Program-made: the position numbers and the translations under genes
From: Botryllus schlosseri
Lineage: Eukaryota
NCBI GenBank assembly: GCA_051294905.1
Contig: CM119371.1
Coordinates: 22,384,001-22,448,000 of the forward strand
Direction: 5' to 3'
Length of the DNA: 64,000 nt
Shown: one piece after another, positions 13,559 through 27,600 of the stretch
Position numbering within the stretch: position 1 is the first letter of the stretch
Layout: each line of letters starts with the position of its first letter
The notes under the pieces: model-generated
The model's input: only the letters and a program-made list of their open reading frames with translations
Told to the model about the DNA's origin: nothing
Database searches by the model: none

Positions 13559-14964
13559 TTAAGCAACAGTTGTAAGCTTGTCGACGTCTAAATCGCTATG
13601 AATTTCGTCTTGAATAACCCCGTTCTCGGTCAATAAAAATATTATTTTGTTGTGGAAATTGACGACCTAATTTTTACGGGTGTTTTAGAACCTGCGACCC
13701 TCCTGCGTGTGAAGGCGCACAACATAGCTTAAATTGCAATTGTGTATGGACAACTGCAATGACAAAGCGGATTATCAGGATTGTAACCAAGTCAAGGTTC
13801 CGACTCACAAATGAATTCTACTTTCATAGTTTTCACTCGAGTCAAATCATTTTCACATTACCACTGATTTAAGTCCTAGTCTAACCCAAGTCAAGGTTCA
13901 CTGTATTCACTTGTGTTCACGGTTCATTACCGAGTTCAATCCTGTTGAAGCCACTGAATAGAAAGGCTCGCAATACTGCCAAAGTTATTTTTCTCCGTTT
14001 ATCAGTTCACGGCCCTATTTTCCAAGTATTAGGACTGATAGAAACAGCAATAATGTGTAATTTTACTATTCGAAGTTACAATGTGTCCTGTCCGTCATAT
14101 GACTTGGTTCGAGTCATTTTACTCATTTGAAAAACTGAATCATTACAATCCTGCTATTTGTTTATTTGAATCATCTGTGGTTCGATTTTGCTCATGCCAG
14201 TCATATTGCATAGAAACTGCAATATCCAGGATGAAAATAAAATAAACTTATATATGCATTTTTTTGGTAATATGATGCAATATTTATTATAGTTATCGAT
14301 CGTTTGACAAATATTTTCGTCCATTAGAGAGCTTATCACAGAAATGTGTTGATCGATAATGTTTATCTCCTTAAATGCTGCGCCTATTCGATAAAATATT
14401 AGCTTATTAGTTCATTTCATCGAAATGATTGAAATGAAAAGGGGTACAATAATGTACGTTTCCATTTTGCCTTCATATGAGGAGAGCGAGGATGATAACA
14501 ATGTTGTATGCGATGATGAACTTTTGCTGAGCTTCAATGATATTGCTTTATGGTAATAAGACAAGCATAATTTATTATTTTGCAGTCGCAGCCAAATCAT
14601 TCACTCTTAGCAAAAAGAATGTGTGTTTCCACCCTTGTGCAACCCCTGATATACGGATGTGTTAATGCGTAGCGCGTCAACAAATTCTCTGATCCTACTC
14701 CGATCCTATTTTCTAAAGCTCCGGTCCGACTCCGGTCTGACTACTAGGCCGGATCCTGGAAATGATCACTGTACTCTGGTCCCAAAAACTTCGATAATAA
14801 TTATTTACTCACAGGATGGTATTGAATATTGGTTGAAACAATGCAAAAAGGAAATTGAATACTCAAAGTTCTAACTCAACCCGTATCTGAAGTAATTATG
14901 CCAACTTAAACTTAATATGTGGTATATTTCCATGATAGTATCACTTTAACTATTGACTCCAAGT

Positions 14965-16069
14965 CAATGGTTCTCAACAGGGGGTCCGCGGACGGGGTGT
15001 GCGAAGCATTTGCGGGGTCCGCGAAGCCTCTAAATTTACAAAATGTTTGATAACCTCTAATTCGAATTGTTGTTAATTTGAGAAATCAAGAGACAGTTTT
15101 GCTTAATTAGTAGTAAAACTCCAGGACTCACATTAACAGAATGGCCGTCTGGGGTGAAATATCCTACTGTCTATGCAAACTCATTTTAATAGCTAAAGTG
15201 CCAGCCTATATACTAATACAAACAAAGTGCTGTTTAGATGTGTTTTGTTGAGGGTTATGGAAGAATAGAAAGTTGTGGAGTAGTAAGGTCGACAACTTCG
15301 AAACACTTGCGGAAATCCATTTTCTTCTGTAATATAGGCTTCATATAACCACTATTTCATAATAAATTCGAAATGAGCTGTTAGATAAAATGACCAGGCT
15401 GGACATCATGTGTTAATTAAAACTTCTTTTTTCAATATTGGTGCCATATTTGTTGCTATCATACCCAAATGTGTCGTCGGAAGCGTTACGCGCTAATATC
15501 ACATTCACCAGCACCTATCGTCGTGTAAATCGATTTGATGCACCCATTCATATCAAGTCGAAAGCGCGAATTTTCAAGACACAACCATGTATGCAGTTTC
15601 GGGATTCATTTTGAACTATTAATAGTCCACGCAATTTGTACATAAATAGTGTGCTGCTATTTTCAAGAAATGTCATTTTGTTGCTTCTCATCACTAGCCT
15701 ACAGTTAATATTTGCACAAGACAGACGACGACTTCACGATGGTTGAGCTAAATTTGAACTAAAAGCTGAGGGGGTACGCGGGCGGCCGTGACGGTCTAAA
15801 AGTGGTCCGCGAGAGAGAGAGAGAGAGAGAGAATTTTTTATTCATCATCGCAAAATAACAAAACAGGCAACAAAATAGCATAAACTGGACACATACAAAA
15901 AAATGGTTACAGTGTCAATTTCAAAGTAAATGAGATGTGTACGAATACGATTTACAGTTCATAGGATTGGCCAATATGTTTTACGATTGCAAGATGAAGC
16001 TGCAGCGAAGTGATCTGTTGATCATCGAGTCTGCTGCAGCAGCGAAGAATAAAAGGTTAAGAACCACTG
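14965..16069. mobile_element. Non-autonomous hAT (Charlie-like) element with nested retro-insert
   Basis: Ends CAATGGTTCTCAAC / GTTAAGAACCACTG; TSD decayed; right end recurs at about 22497-22567 and 25498-25569; same left end at 51638. Confidence 0.75.
15811..16041 (-). mobile_element. 5'-truncated retroposon 3' end with (CT)n tail
   Basis: Minus strand ends GATGAATAAAAAATT(CT)n, like the LINE tail at 35910-35936; absent from the paralogous empty sites near 22540 and 25543. Confidence 0.7.
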
Positions 16070-16611
16070 CTCTAGGGTTTACCACGCTTTTCGACCTTTG
16101 GATGTGAACATACATTCTTTCCGCTAAGAGTGTATGCCCTGAAAATATACTAGCTTGCGACCGAATGAAATGGTAAAAACTGAACTTAGGCCAAAGCTGC
16201 TTTCTCCTTGAATACGAAAATATATAAGACGAATTAAAATGTGGTCCGGGCATTGTAATCGCCAATATCCCCAGCCAAAGTTAGAATTGCAACGGTATTG
16301 CTCCAATATTTTAACTACGCGTTTGCGGCATGGGTATGCACGAGGTTGCGCGACCAGCGTTTATACAAGGCCCGTGAGTGCTTCAAGTCGTCGTGATTGG
16401 CAGAAACAGGATTGTATAGTTCTATGTATGCATGGGCGGAAGATTTGCAGCAATATAACCGAGGTATAAAACCAATGTTTGCTTAGCTAAATAGGCACGC
16501 TGTACATGTACATTATACAGCGTATTTACGAAAGAGGTGTGGATGTGGACGTTGACCTCAGTCAACGCCTCACTTGGTGTTTCGACTTCCTTGTTGCCAT
16601 ATTACTCGCAG

Positions 16612-16945
16612 CAAGGCATTTTTATAAAATAGGTTGTATCGACACGCTTTGTGTGACTTATGCCTCGTACCCGAGAACGTGGATCACTTCGTCCTCACAT
16701 GCCTAAAATACGATTGGCACCGATCATATTTGACTGGTTTCTTTTTAGGCTTGAAAGTTGAGTTCACTGCAGATAACGTTCTCGTGCGGACAGAACTCCT
16801 ATCGCCTCTCGTTCAGTACATCTTGGCCAGCAATGTGTTGATTTAGGGAATTATATTTTTAGGTTCACGATTTGCGACATGTAAGACCAAATTTTTGTTG
16901 TGGCGCACCAAACCGATAAGTTGATAAGCGCCACAATATCCCATT
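16612..16945 (+). mobile_element. 3' fragment of an I-group-like non-LTR retrotransposon (CCHC C-terminus plus 3' hairpin); copies at about 23095-23428 and 26110-26420
   Basis: HLFKVGCIDTLLCDLCLIPENVDHFVLTCPKY motif (23095 copy) typical of the LINE C-terminal zinc knuckle; GTGGCGC...GCGCCAC stem-loop; absent at paralogous sites near 43110 and 49612. Confidence 0.8.
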
Positions 16946-18299
16946 TTTTTAAACTTTCATTAGATTTTTTGATTTATCAAACTATTTCTTTGTGAATTTT
17001 TTTTCTGGCAAAATACGCTAGTCAACAAATATTAGGCAAACCGTGTAAAACTGATGTTTTCTGGGATTTTGACAAGCACTGATTCCAAATAAAGCATTAT
17101 TTGGAATATCGACCCTAGTTTTTGAGCGGTACCTTTTTGGCTAAAACCTTATATATCGGTCCTTTGATCTAGGTAAAAAAGAGGCCATCCTTGCAAGAAG
17201 CCTCACGAATTCAATTCATTCTTAATGTGTAAACAATGAAGACAATTTACAAGAGTATACTTTTCAAGTCCGACAGAATGCTTCTTTTCCAAAGTAAGAT
17301 CTCGCACCAGGCCATGCAGAATAAACTGATTGAATAACTGAGGACCACATGCGGGTTTTTCATAATCAACTATTATATATCAATGTATGTGCAGTATAGA
17401 ATTTAAAAAAAATTAGGATTTACACATATTAAGCGAATTTTTTTTTTGGTATGAATACTCGGGGTGGTGTGAACTGCAGAAATGTTGCTGTTCGCGTTCG
17501 CAAACGAGCTTTAAAACTCTTACGCATGCCCCAATGTTTGCCGTCATTACAACCTCTTTGGCTGCATTTCCTTTCATTTAAACTTTGTACTACTCTCTGG
17601 ATGGTACTGGAAGCGAGAAAAGAAATTCAGCACTAAACGAGCACACACACTGGCTTTGTAGAAACATTTACTCCCAATATTCAGATTTTTGTCCGTGAAT
17701 ATTTATTGATTCTCTGCTTTGAACTTGGTCCCGATACCGAGAATCGTCAATAGATAATATCAACTATAAAGTGATATATTGAATGCATTGTGTGCTAATA
17801 AAAAATGCATAGCAGGGATCGATCTTGATTTGAAGTGTTTATTGGATCATATAAACTAAATACGCGCGATTGAGGTGTTGGCTACTGTGAAACTTGATTT
17901 GGAGGTAATATCTGCAGCTATAGTATAGGAACCAGTATTTCGCTCTGATCAATACCAAGGTAGCAATAGTCTTGAAAATACGTTGTCTGCTCTAGCCTGC
18001 CCTGGACCTTTAGGGCGTAAGCTTATATTCCCTAAGCATAGCAGGGGCTCGTGGCAATTATTTACAAAGCGACGTAAAATATTGATTTCATGGAATTAAT
18101 AGCACATTTGATTTTTCCTGCTGATGAAGTTGGCAATGCTTAAAATGTCAGCTTTTACTTCAGCATTGCGGCTAAATGTGGCATGAGTCGTCGCTATAGG
18201 TATCATGCATATTATTATATTTCATTGCGTAAATGTAGGCTTGGAATTAGCGATATGAAATTCTGTGACGCCACAGGTTGGTGTTCAGGATCGCGATCG

Positions 18300-18557
18300 C
18301 CGATCCCGCTGTTAACTCAGCATATTGATAAAAGCCCAGAGAAAGAGTGAGCCGAGCTCCGAAGTCGGCAGCTGAGACCCAATGTGAACGCAAGGAAAGC
18401 AAGAATGAATGTATGAAAATGTATGAGTGCGCGAGGATGAAAATGTCCAAAGACCGAAAGCAAAGAGACTGAACTGTACTAAGTGCATTGTCGTAGCGCA
18501 CAAGGCCTACACAGGCGATAAATACCATTGTTGTGATGTGTAATAATAATAATAATA
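18300..18557 (+). mobile_element. Retroposon 3' fragment with (TAA)n tail
   Basis: Present only in this duplication unit; ends GTG(TAA)5; replaces the right end of the embedded hAT element. Confidence 0.55.
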
Positions 18558-19184
18558 GTAAATACGGTGATTTCAGCTCATTGACGGGCATAGGTAATTT
18601 CTAAACTAGGACCAATCGGGCAAAACTAACGTCGTATTCATCGTCAAAAACACCACAAAACACCGTTAAATGTTCCGAAAATTTATCCTCAATTCGTTGA
18701 CCAGTGATATAACTAAAGAGAATAGGCAATGTTATGTTTGCTGCGTTGCGAGCAAAAAAGTACTATGACCTTAATCGAATTTTTCATTCTAGAATTTATA
18801 TTTAATATACCTATATTGGTCACTTTATATTCTACCGGCACCGATATATTTATATCACAATGATATTACAGTCCTGATGAAGTATTTTCAAAACTTACAA
18901 TTCATCATCATTTGCCAAATTATTTTCTATCAACGCATTGCGGTGCTATTCGGGTACGCCAAGTCTGTCCATATCTTTGTAGGCGGTTGACCAGCCGCTA
19001 GATTGGACGGATAGAAGGACCGATATATGTTGATAATAAACTGGTAGATATCGTAGGTGTCGGAACGAAATTCAATGATTGATTGTTTTCCTTGCGAGCC
19101 TATTTTTCTGCAAAATGCGCAGCCTCTTCAGACATAGTTTATTGACTGATATATTTTCTGATGTTGATAATTACGGTGTTTCAG

Positions 19185-19301
19185 CTGCTGAAACTGTTAG
19201 GCTGACACCAGACATGGTCAATATACATGCGGAAAGTTCAAAAGTAGAAGAACATGGGACAGTTCCTTCAAACGCATCCACTCTTAAAAAGGATGTACGA
19301 G
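19185..19301 (+). CDS. Repeated linker exon R2 (AETVRLTPDMVNIHAESSKVEEHGTVPSNASTLKKDVR)
   Basis: GTGTTTCAG acceptor, GAG|GTGAGT donor, 117 nt, phase 1-1, open. Confidence 0.8.
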
Positions 19302-20267
19302 GTGAGTCCCATTGTGTTCTGGGATGATTTAGGGAGGATCAAAGAGAATGACAGATTTTATGCATATATCATATCTTCACATTCGAATTGGGTATGTAAC
19401 GAATTGCTACAACAGAAAATTCAAATTTGACGTGATTTCCTTGAGCATCAGTCTGTCTGTTTGATGTATTCATGGTGTTTGTCTACTACTGTGGTCATTT
19501 ACGCGTTCCGGGAGTTTCTCGTTTTTGATTCTGTATCTTCCGACTCGTAGCATGACCCACGTCTAGACTTCTCGTAAGACGAAGCTCACGCGGATTACTT
19601 TTTGGGAAGGGACCGGGATAAACCTACAACACTTGGGTTGGAATCCTGCGGAGTCGACCTTGGTCGGACTCGAACCCGTAGCCCATCTGTGTTGAAGCAC
19701 TATATTATACCACTATGCTAACTCACCACTTAAGCAAGAGTAGTAAGCTTGCCAGCGTCTAAATCACTATGAATTTCGTTTTGAATAACCCCGCTCTCGG
19801 CCAATAAAATGGACGACCTAATTTAAACGGGTAGTTTAGAACTTGCGACCCGCCTGCCTGTGAAGGCGTATATATAGCATAGCATAAATCGTAATTGTGC
19901 ATGGGCAACGGAAATTTCCAGGATTGTAACCAAGTCAAGGTTCCGAATCACAAATGAATTCTATATCGATGTTTTACATTCGAGTCAAGCTATTTTCACT
20001 TCACCAACGACTTAATATCCGAGTCTAAGCCAAGTCAGTGTTTATAGACTCGGGTCTCCGTTCAAGTCATCGTGTTCACGTTTCATTTTCGATTTCAATC
20101 CTGTTGAATCCTCCTAATTCCACTTTGCACGAGTGATATAGAAAGGCTCGCAGTGCTAATATAGTAATTTCTCTCCGTTTATCAGTTTACGGCCCCATTT
20201 TCAAGTATTAGGAATGATAGACGAAATAGTGATGTGGTAACTTTACTATTCTTCGACGTTACAATGT

Positions 20268-20960
20268 AATGTATGTATGTATGTATGTATATTGGGGTAA
20301 TGGTGCTTACGAACTACGGCCTTGTGCACCAGACCAAAGTGTTGTAGGCATGTGTACTCGATTCTCCTACTACATTGTAGCTGCCTCTCGGTGAGGAAAA
20401 CATAATCAATCACAAGCAAAATTGTGTGAGGGTTGCCGAGAAGTGACACAATGTCTATATATTAATTATCGACTGTGAAAATTGCTCCTGTCTCGGGTGG
20501 CTCGGCTCTGAAGACTATGTCATATCGAGCCTCCCGTCTACCTTGCATGCCGCATTTCACTGTTACATTTTTGTAGTGTTATGTTGATATGTAATGTATA
20601 CGAATAAAGATTCTCTCTCTCTCTCTCTCTCTCTCTGTAAGCACATGGTTCGTATTGCTATGTCCTTAAAATAGTTTCGATGTGAGCTATATTAAAAATA
20701 TTGTAAGAAGAAATGCTCAGCCGTCTCTATAACGCCACATGTTGCACAAAGGCCATCGTCGTGACATCCAATTCTATGTAAGTGCCCGTTCAATTTGCAA
20801 TTCCCATTGCCCAGTCTGAAGCCGTAACAATATTGCTGTTCCCCTTCTTCATAGTCCCAGTTGTTGCGATATATCATGTGCGGCGTGAATTCGCTTGTAG
20901 AGGTTTTCGTAAACATTCGTTTAAAATTTATTTTTCTTTTTTTCGGGAGTCAGTTCATTG
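20268..20960 (-). mobile_element. 3' fragment of an I-group-like LINE with (ATAC)n tail, interrupted by a (CT)n-tailed insert (about 20430-20636, + strand)
   Basis: Minus ORF 20692-20916 contains FRLGNGNCKLNGHLHRIGCHDDGLCATCGVIETAEHFF (LINE zinc-knuckle-like); TATG repeats at 20270-20290; nested AATAAAGATT(CT)n. Confidence 0.72.
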
Positions 20961-21492
20961 ATAATTATTTTAGCAATTTTTTCTCATTTCGTTGACCAGT
21001 GATACAACAAAAGTCAATATGCAGCGTTATGTTGGCTGCGCGACGACCAAATAACTCCTACGATCTTAATCGATTTTTTCATACTAGAATTGTTTTTCAT
21101 ATAGCTGTATTGTTCACTTTCTATGTTACTGATTACAATATATTTTTATAACTATGATATTACAGTCCTTATTAAGTATTTTAAAATCTTAAAAATCATC
21201 ATCATTTGCAAAATTATTTTCAATCTGCGCATTGCGGTGCTATTCGGGTACGCAAGGTCTATCCATATATTTTAACACGGGTGAGGAGCCGTCAGATTGG
21301 AATGATGGAAGGACCGATGTATGTAGATAAGGAGCTTGTAAATATCGTAGGTGTTGGAACGAAAATCAATGATTGATTGTTGGCCTTGAGAGCCCATTTT
21401 TCTCAGTTCATCTACTGTGAAATGTGTGGCCTCTTCATACACAGTCGAATGACTAAAATTTTCTTGTGATATTGATAATTACGGTGTTTCAG

Positions 21493-21603
21493 CTACTGAC
21501 ACTATTAAGCTGATACAAGATATCGACAATATACATGCGAAAAGTTCGTTAGCAGAAGAACATGGAACAGACACTCCGACCGACTCCATTCAGAATGCAC
21601 GAG
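21493..21603 (+). CDS. Repeated linker exon R3 (TDTIKLIQDIDNIHAKSSLAEEHGTDTPTDSIQNAR)
   Basis: GTGTTTCAG acceptor, GAG|GTGAGT donor, 111 nt (in-frame 6-nt shorter than R1), phase 1-1, open. Confidence 0.8.
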
Positions 21604-24507
21604 GTGAGTCTCATTTCGTTGTGTAATATTTAGCGATGAGCAAAGAGAATGACGGATTTTATTCATATATCATGTCGTCACGTTTTAATCAGGTATGTGT
21701 CGAATTGCTACAACAGAAAATTCAAATTTTACGTGATTTCCTTGAGCATCGCAGTCTGTTCGTTTGATGTATTCATAGAGTGCGTCGACTATAACTATGA
21801 TGATTTACACCAGACCGAGAGTTTCTTCTATTCACTTCCGTATCTGCCGGCTTGTAGCATTGGCCACTTCTAGGCTTTTCGTAAGACACCGCTCACGCGG
21901 ATTAGTTGTCGAGAAGGAGCCGAGATAAACCTCCAATACTTAGGTTGGAATTCTGGAGTTGACATCGGTCGGACTCGAACCCGCAACCTATTGGTATTGC
22001 AGCTGTTGATTATACCACTTCACTATCATGCCACTTAAGCAACAGTAAGCTTGCCAACGTCTAAATCACGATGAATATCATTTGAATAACCCCGTTCTCG
22101 GTCAAGAAAAATAGTATTTTGTCGTGGAAATGGACGATCTAATCTATACGGGTGGTTTAGAACCTGCGACCCGCCTGCCTGCTAAGGCGCATCATAGCAT
22201 AAATTGCAATTGTGCGTGGACAAAGGAAATTACCAGGATTGTAACCAAGTCAAGGTTCCGACTCACGAATGAATTCTACTTTCATATAGTTTTGACTCGA
22301 GTCAAGTTATTTTCACTCCACCATCAAATTCAAGTCCGAGTCTAAGCCAAGTCACGGTTTATAGACTCGAGTCTGAGTTCAAGTCATTGTGTTCACCGTT
22401 CCATCCCGTGGAATCCACTTAAATCCCCCCTGCACGAGTAATATGAAAAATTTCGCAATACTCATATAGTAATTTTCTCAGTCCATCAGTTTACGGTCAG
22501 GGAGGTCCGCGGGCAGTCGTGACGGTCTTGAAGGGGTTCGCGAAGAATAAAAAGTCGAGAACCACTGCTCCAGGGCTTACCACTCTTTTCGGCCTTTATA
22601 TGAGAAGATATACATTCTTCGCGCTAAGAGTGAATGCCCTGAAATATACTAGCTGGCGACCGAATGAGATTGTAAACACTGGTCTTAATTTAAAGCTGCT
22701 TTCTTCTTGATTTTGGATATATATAAGATGAATTAAAATGTGGTCCAGGCATTGTAATCGCCATTACCCGCAGCCAAAGTTAGAATTGCCACGGTATTGC
22801 TCTAACTACGGGTATGCAGCATGGGTATGCACGACCAGCGTTTATACAAGGCCCGTGATTGCTTCACGTCGTCATGATTGGCAGAAACAGGAATATATAG
22901 TTCTATGTATGCATTGGCGGAAGATTTGCACCAATATTAACGAGATATAAAACCAATGTTTGCATAGCTAAGTAGGCACGCTGTACATGTACATTATACA
23001 GCGTATTTACGAAAGAGGTGTGCATGTGGACGTTGACCTCAGTCAACGCCTCACTTGGTGTTTCGACGTCCTCGTTTCCATATCACTCCCAGCAGGGCAT
23101 TTATTTAAAGTAGGTTGCATCGACACGCTTTTGTGTGACTTATGCCTCATACCCGAGAATGTGGATCACTTCGTCCTCACATGCCCAAAATACGATTGGC
23201 ACCGATCATATTTGATTGATTTCTTCTTAGGCTTGAAAGTTGAGTTCACTGCAGATAACGTTCTCGGGCGGCCAGAACTCATATCGTCTTTCCTTCAGTA
23301 CGTCTTGGCCAGCAATGCGTATGTTTAGGGAATGTTACTTTTAGGTACACGATTTGCGACTTGGAAGACCAAATTTTTGTCGTGGCGCACCAGACCGATA
23401 AGGTGATAGGCGCCACAATGTCCCATATTTTACCTTTCATTAGATTTTATTATATATCAAACTATTTCTTTGTGAATTTTTTTCTGGCAAAATACGCTAG
23501 TCAACAAATGTTGAGCAAACCGTGTAAAAGTGATTTTTTCCGATATTATGACAAGCACTGAACCCAAATAAAGCCTTATTTTTTCATATTGACCCTAGTT
23601 TTCGAGCTGTGCTTTTTTGACTAAAACCTTATATATCGGTCTTACGATCTGGGTAAAAGGGAGGCCATCTTTGCAAGAAGCCTCACGAATTCAATTCATT
23701 CTCACTGTGTAAACAATGAAGACAAATTACAAGAGTATAATTTTCAAGTCCGACAGAATGATTCTTTTCCAAACAAAGATCTCGCACCAGGCCATGCAGA
23801 ATAAATTGATTGAATAACTGATAACCACATGCGGGTTCTTCATAATCAATTATTATATATCTATGTATGTGCAGTACAGAATTCAAAAAAAAATAGGATT
23901 TACACCTATTATGCGAAATTGTTTTTGGGATGAATACGGGGGGTGGTGGGAACTCGAGATTACCTGGGGGTCATGTGAGCTGCAGAAATTATGCTGTTCA
24001 CATTCGCAAACGAGCTTTAAAACTCTTACGCACACCCCAATGTTTGCCGTCATTGCAACCTCTTTGGCTGCATGTCCTTTGATTTAAACTTTGTACTACT
24101 CTCTGGATGGTACTGGAAGCGGGAAAAGAAATTCAGCACTAAACGAGCACACACACTGCCATTTTCCAAAATGCTATTAACTTTGTAGAAACGTTTACTC
24201 AAAATATTCCGATTTTCGTTTGTGAATATTTATCAACTCTCTGCTTTGAACTTGGTTCCGATACCGAGAATCGTCTATCCATATATTTAAACACGGTTGA
24301 GGAGCCGACAGATTGAACTGATAGAAAGACCGATGTATGTAGATATTGACCTTGTAGATATCGTAGGTGTTGGAAAAAAATCAATGATTGATTGTTGGCC
24401 TTGAGAGCCAATTTATCTCAGTGCATCTACTGTGAAATGCGTGGCCTCTTCATACATAGTCGAATGACTTAAATTTTCTTGTGATGTTGATAAATACGGT
24501 GTTTCAG

Positions 24508-24618
24508 CTACTGACAATATGAAGCTGATACCAGATATCGACAATATACATGCAAAAAGTTCATTACCAGAAGAACATGAAACAGACACTCAAAACGACT
24601 CCATTCAGAATGCACGAG
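24508..24618 (+). CDS. Repeated linker exon R4 (TDNMKLIPDIDNIHAKSSLPEEHETDTQNDSIQNAR)
   Basis: GTGTTTCAG acceptor, variant donor GAG|GTGCGT, 111 nt, phase 1-1, open. Confidence 0.75.
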
Positions 24619-27600
24619 GTGCGTCTCATTGTGTTGTGTAATATTTACTGATGAGCAAAGAGAATGACGGATTTTATTCACATATCATGTCCTCACATTT
24701 TAATCGGGTATGTGTCGAATCGCTACAACAGAAAATTGAAATTTAACGTGATTTCCTTGAGCATCGCAGTCTGTTTGTTTGATGTGCATCGACTACCATG
24801 GTGATTTACACCCGGCCGAGAGTTTCTTCTATTCGCTTCCGTATCTGCTGACTTGAAGCATGGCCCACTTCTAGGCTTTTCGTAAGACACCGCTCATGCG
24901 GATCAGTTGTCGCGAAGGAGCCTAGATAAACCTCCCACACTTAGGTTGGAATTCTGGAGTCGACCTCTGTCGGACTCGAACCCGCAACCCATCGGTGTTG
25001 CAGCTGTGGATTATACCACTTCGCTATATCGCCACTTAAGCAGCAGTTGTATGATTGCCAACGTTTAATCACTATGAATTTCGTTTGAATAACCCCGTTC
25101 TCCGTCACGAAAAAAAGTATTTTGTCCTGAAAATGGACGACCTAATCTATACGGGTGGTTTAGAACCTGTGACCCGCCTGCCTGCTAAGGCGGATCATAG
25201 CATAAATGGCAATTGTGCATGGACAAAGGAAATTAACAGGGTCGAAACCAAGTCAAGGTTCCGATTCCCGAATGAATTCTACTTTCATATAGTTTTGACT
25301 CGAGTCAAGCTATTTCCACTTCACCATCAATTCAAGTCCTAGTCTAAGCCACGTCAGGGTTTATAGACTCGAGTTTGAGTTCAAGTCATTGTGTTCACCG
25401 TTACATCCCGTTGAATCCACCTAAATCCCCCCTGCACGAGTAATATGAAAAGGTTCGCAATACTCATATAGTAATTTTCTCCGTCTATCAATTTACGGTC
25501 AGGAAAGTCCGCGGGCAGTCGTGACGGTCTTGAACGGGTTCTCGAAGAATAAAAAGTCGAGAACCACTGCTCTACGGTTTACCACTATTTTCGGCCTTTG
25601 GATGTAAACATGCACATACATTCTTCGCGCTAAGAGTGAATCCCCTGAAAGATACTAGCTGGCAACCGAATGATATCATAAACACTGGTCTTAGGCTAAA
25701 GCTGCTTTCTCCTTGATTACGAATATATATAAGATGACTTAAAATGTGGTCCAGGCATTGTAATCGCCATTAATCTCAGCAAAAGTTAGAATTGCCATGG
25801 TATTGCTCTAACTACGCGTATGCGGCATGGGTATGGACGAGGTTGCGCGACCAGCGTTTATACAAGGCCCGTGAGTGCTTTACGACGTCGTGATTGGCAG
25901 AAACAGGAATATATAGTTCTATGTATGCATGGACGGAAGATTTGCACCAATATGAACGAGGTATAAAACCAATGTTTGCATAGCTAATTAGGCACGCTGT
26001 ACATGTACATTATACTGCGTATTTACGAAAGAGGTGTGCATGTGGACGCTGACCTCAGTCAACGCCTCACTTGGAGTTTCGTCTTCCTTGTTGCCATATC
26101 ACTCGCAACAGGTCATTTATTTAAAATAGGCTACATCGACACGCTTTTGTGTGACTTATGCCTCGTACCCGAGAATGTAGATCCCTTCGTCCTCACATGC
26201 CCAAAATACGATTGGCACCGATCATATATGATTGATTTATTCTTGGGCTTGAAAGTTGAGTTCACTACAGATAACTTTCTCGGGCGGCCAGAACCCCTCC
26301 CCTCTCGTTCAGTACGTCTTGGCCAGCAATGTGCTTCTTTAGGGAATATTATTTTCAGGTACTCGATTTGCGACTTGTAAGACCAAAATTCTGACGTGGC
26401 ACACTAGACAGATAAGGTGATAAGCGCCACAATGTCCCATTTTTAACTTTCATTCGATTTTATGATTTATAAAACTAATTCTTTGTGAATTTTTTTCTGG
26501 CAAAATACGCTAGTCAACAAATGTTGGGCAAACCGTGTAAAAGTGATGTTTCCTGTGATTATGATAAGCACTGATTCCAAATAAAGCCTTATTTTTTCAA
26601 ACTGACCCTAGTTTTTGAGCTGTGCCTTTTTGACTAAAACCTTAGAAATCGGTCTTACGATCTGGGTCAAAAAATAGGCCATCCTTGCAATAAGCCTCAC
26701 GAATTCAATTCATTCACAATGCGTAAACAATGAAGACTATTTACAAGAGTATAATTTTCAAGTACGACAGAAAGCTTCTTTTCCAAACCAAGATCTCGCA
26801 CCAGGCCATGCAGATTAAATTGATTAAATTACTGAGGACCACATGCGGGCTCTTCAAAATCAATTATTATATATCTGTGTATGTGCAGTATATAATTTAA
26901 AAAAATAGGATTTACTCCTATTCCGGGAATTTGTTTTTGGTATGAATTCTGGGGGTGGTGTGAACTGCAGTGATTTTGCTGTTCGCGTTAGCAAACGAGC
27001 TTTAAAACTCTTATGCATACCCCAATGCTTGCCGTCATTACAACCTCTTTGGCTGCATTTCTTTTGATTTAAACTTTATGCTACTCTCTGGATGGTGCTG
27101 GAAGCAAGAAAAGATATTCAGCACTAAACGAGCACACACACTGCCATTTTCCAAAATGCTATTGGCCTTGTAGAAACGTTTACTCAAAATATTTAGATTT
27201 TCATTTGTGAATATTTATTAACTCTCTGCTCTGAACTTGGTCGCGATACCGAGAATCGTCAATGGATAATATCAACTAAAGTGATACATAGAATGCATTG
27301 TGTGCTAATATAAAATGCATAGCAGGGATCGATCTTGATCTGATATGTTTATTGGATCATATAAACCAAATACACGCGATTGGGGTGTTGGCTACTGTGA
27401 AATTTGATTTGGAGGTAGTATCTGCAGCTAGTATAGAAACCAGTATTTCGCTCTGATCAATACCAATGTAGCAATAGTCTTGAGAATACATTGTCTGCTC
27501 TAGCCTGCCCTGCTTAGGGCGTAAGCTTGTATTTCATAGGCATAGCAGGGGCTCGTGGCAATTATTTACAAAGCGACGTAAAATATTGATTTCATAGAAT

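Noticed and set aside
14815..14874. Possible terminal exon DGIEYWLKQCKKEIEYSKF*
   Set aside because: Open reading is phase 0, incompatible with the phase-1 exons; no other support.
16506..26380. Recurring ORFs 16506/16634, 22987 and 26003 as a small gene family
   Set aside because: They are chimeras of intron sequence and a LINE zinc-knuckle fragment; one copy is frameshifted.
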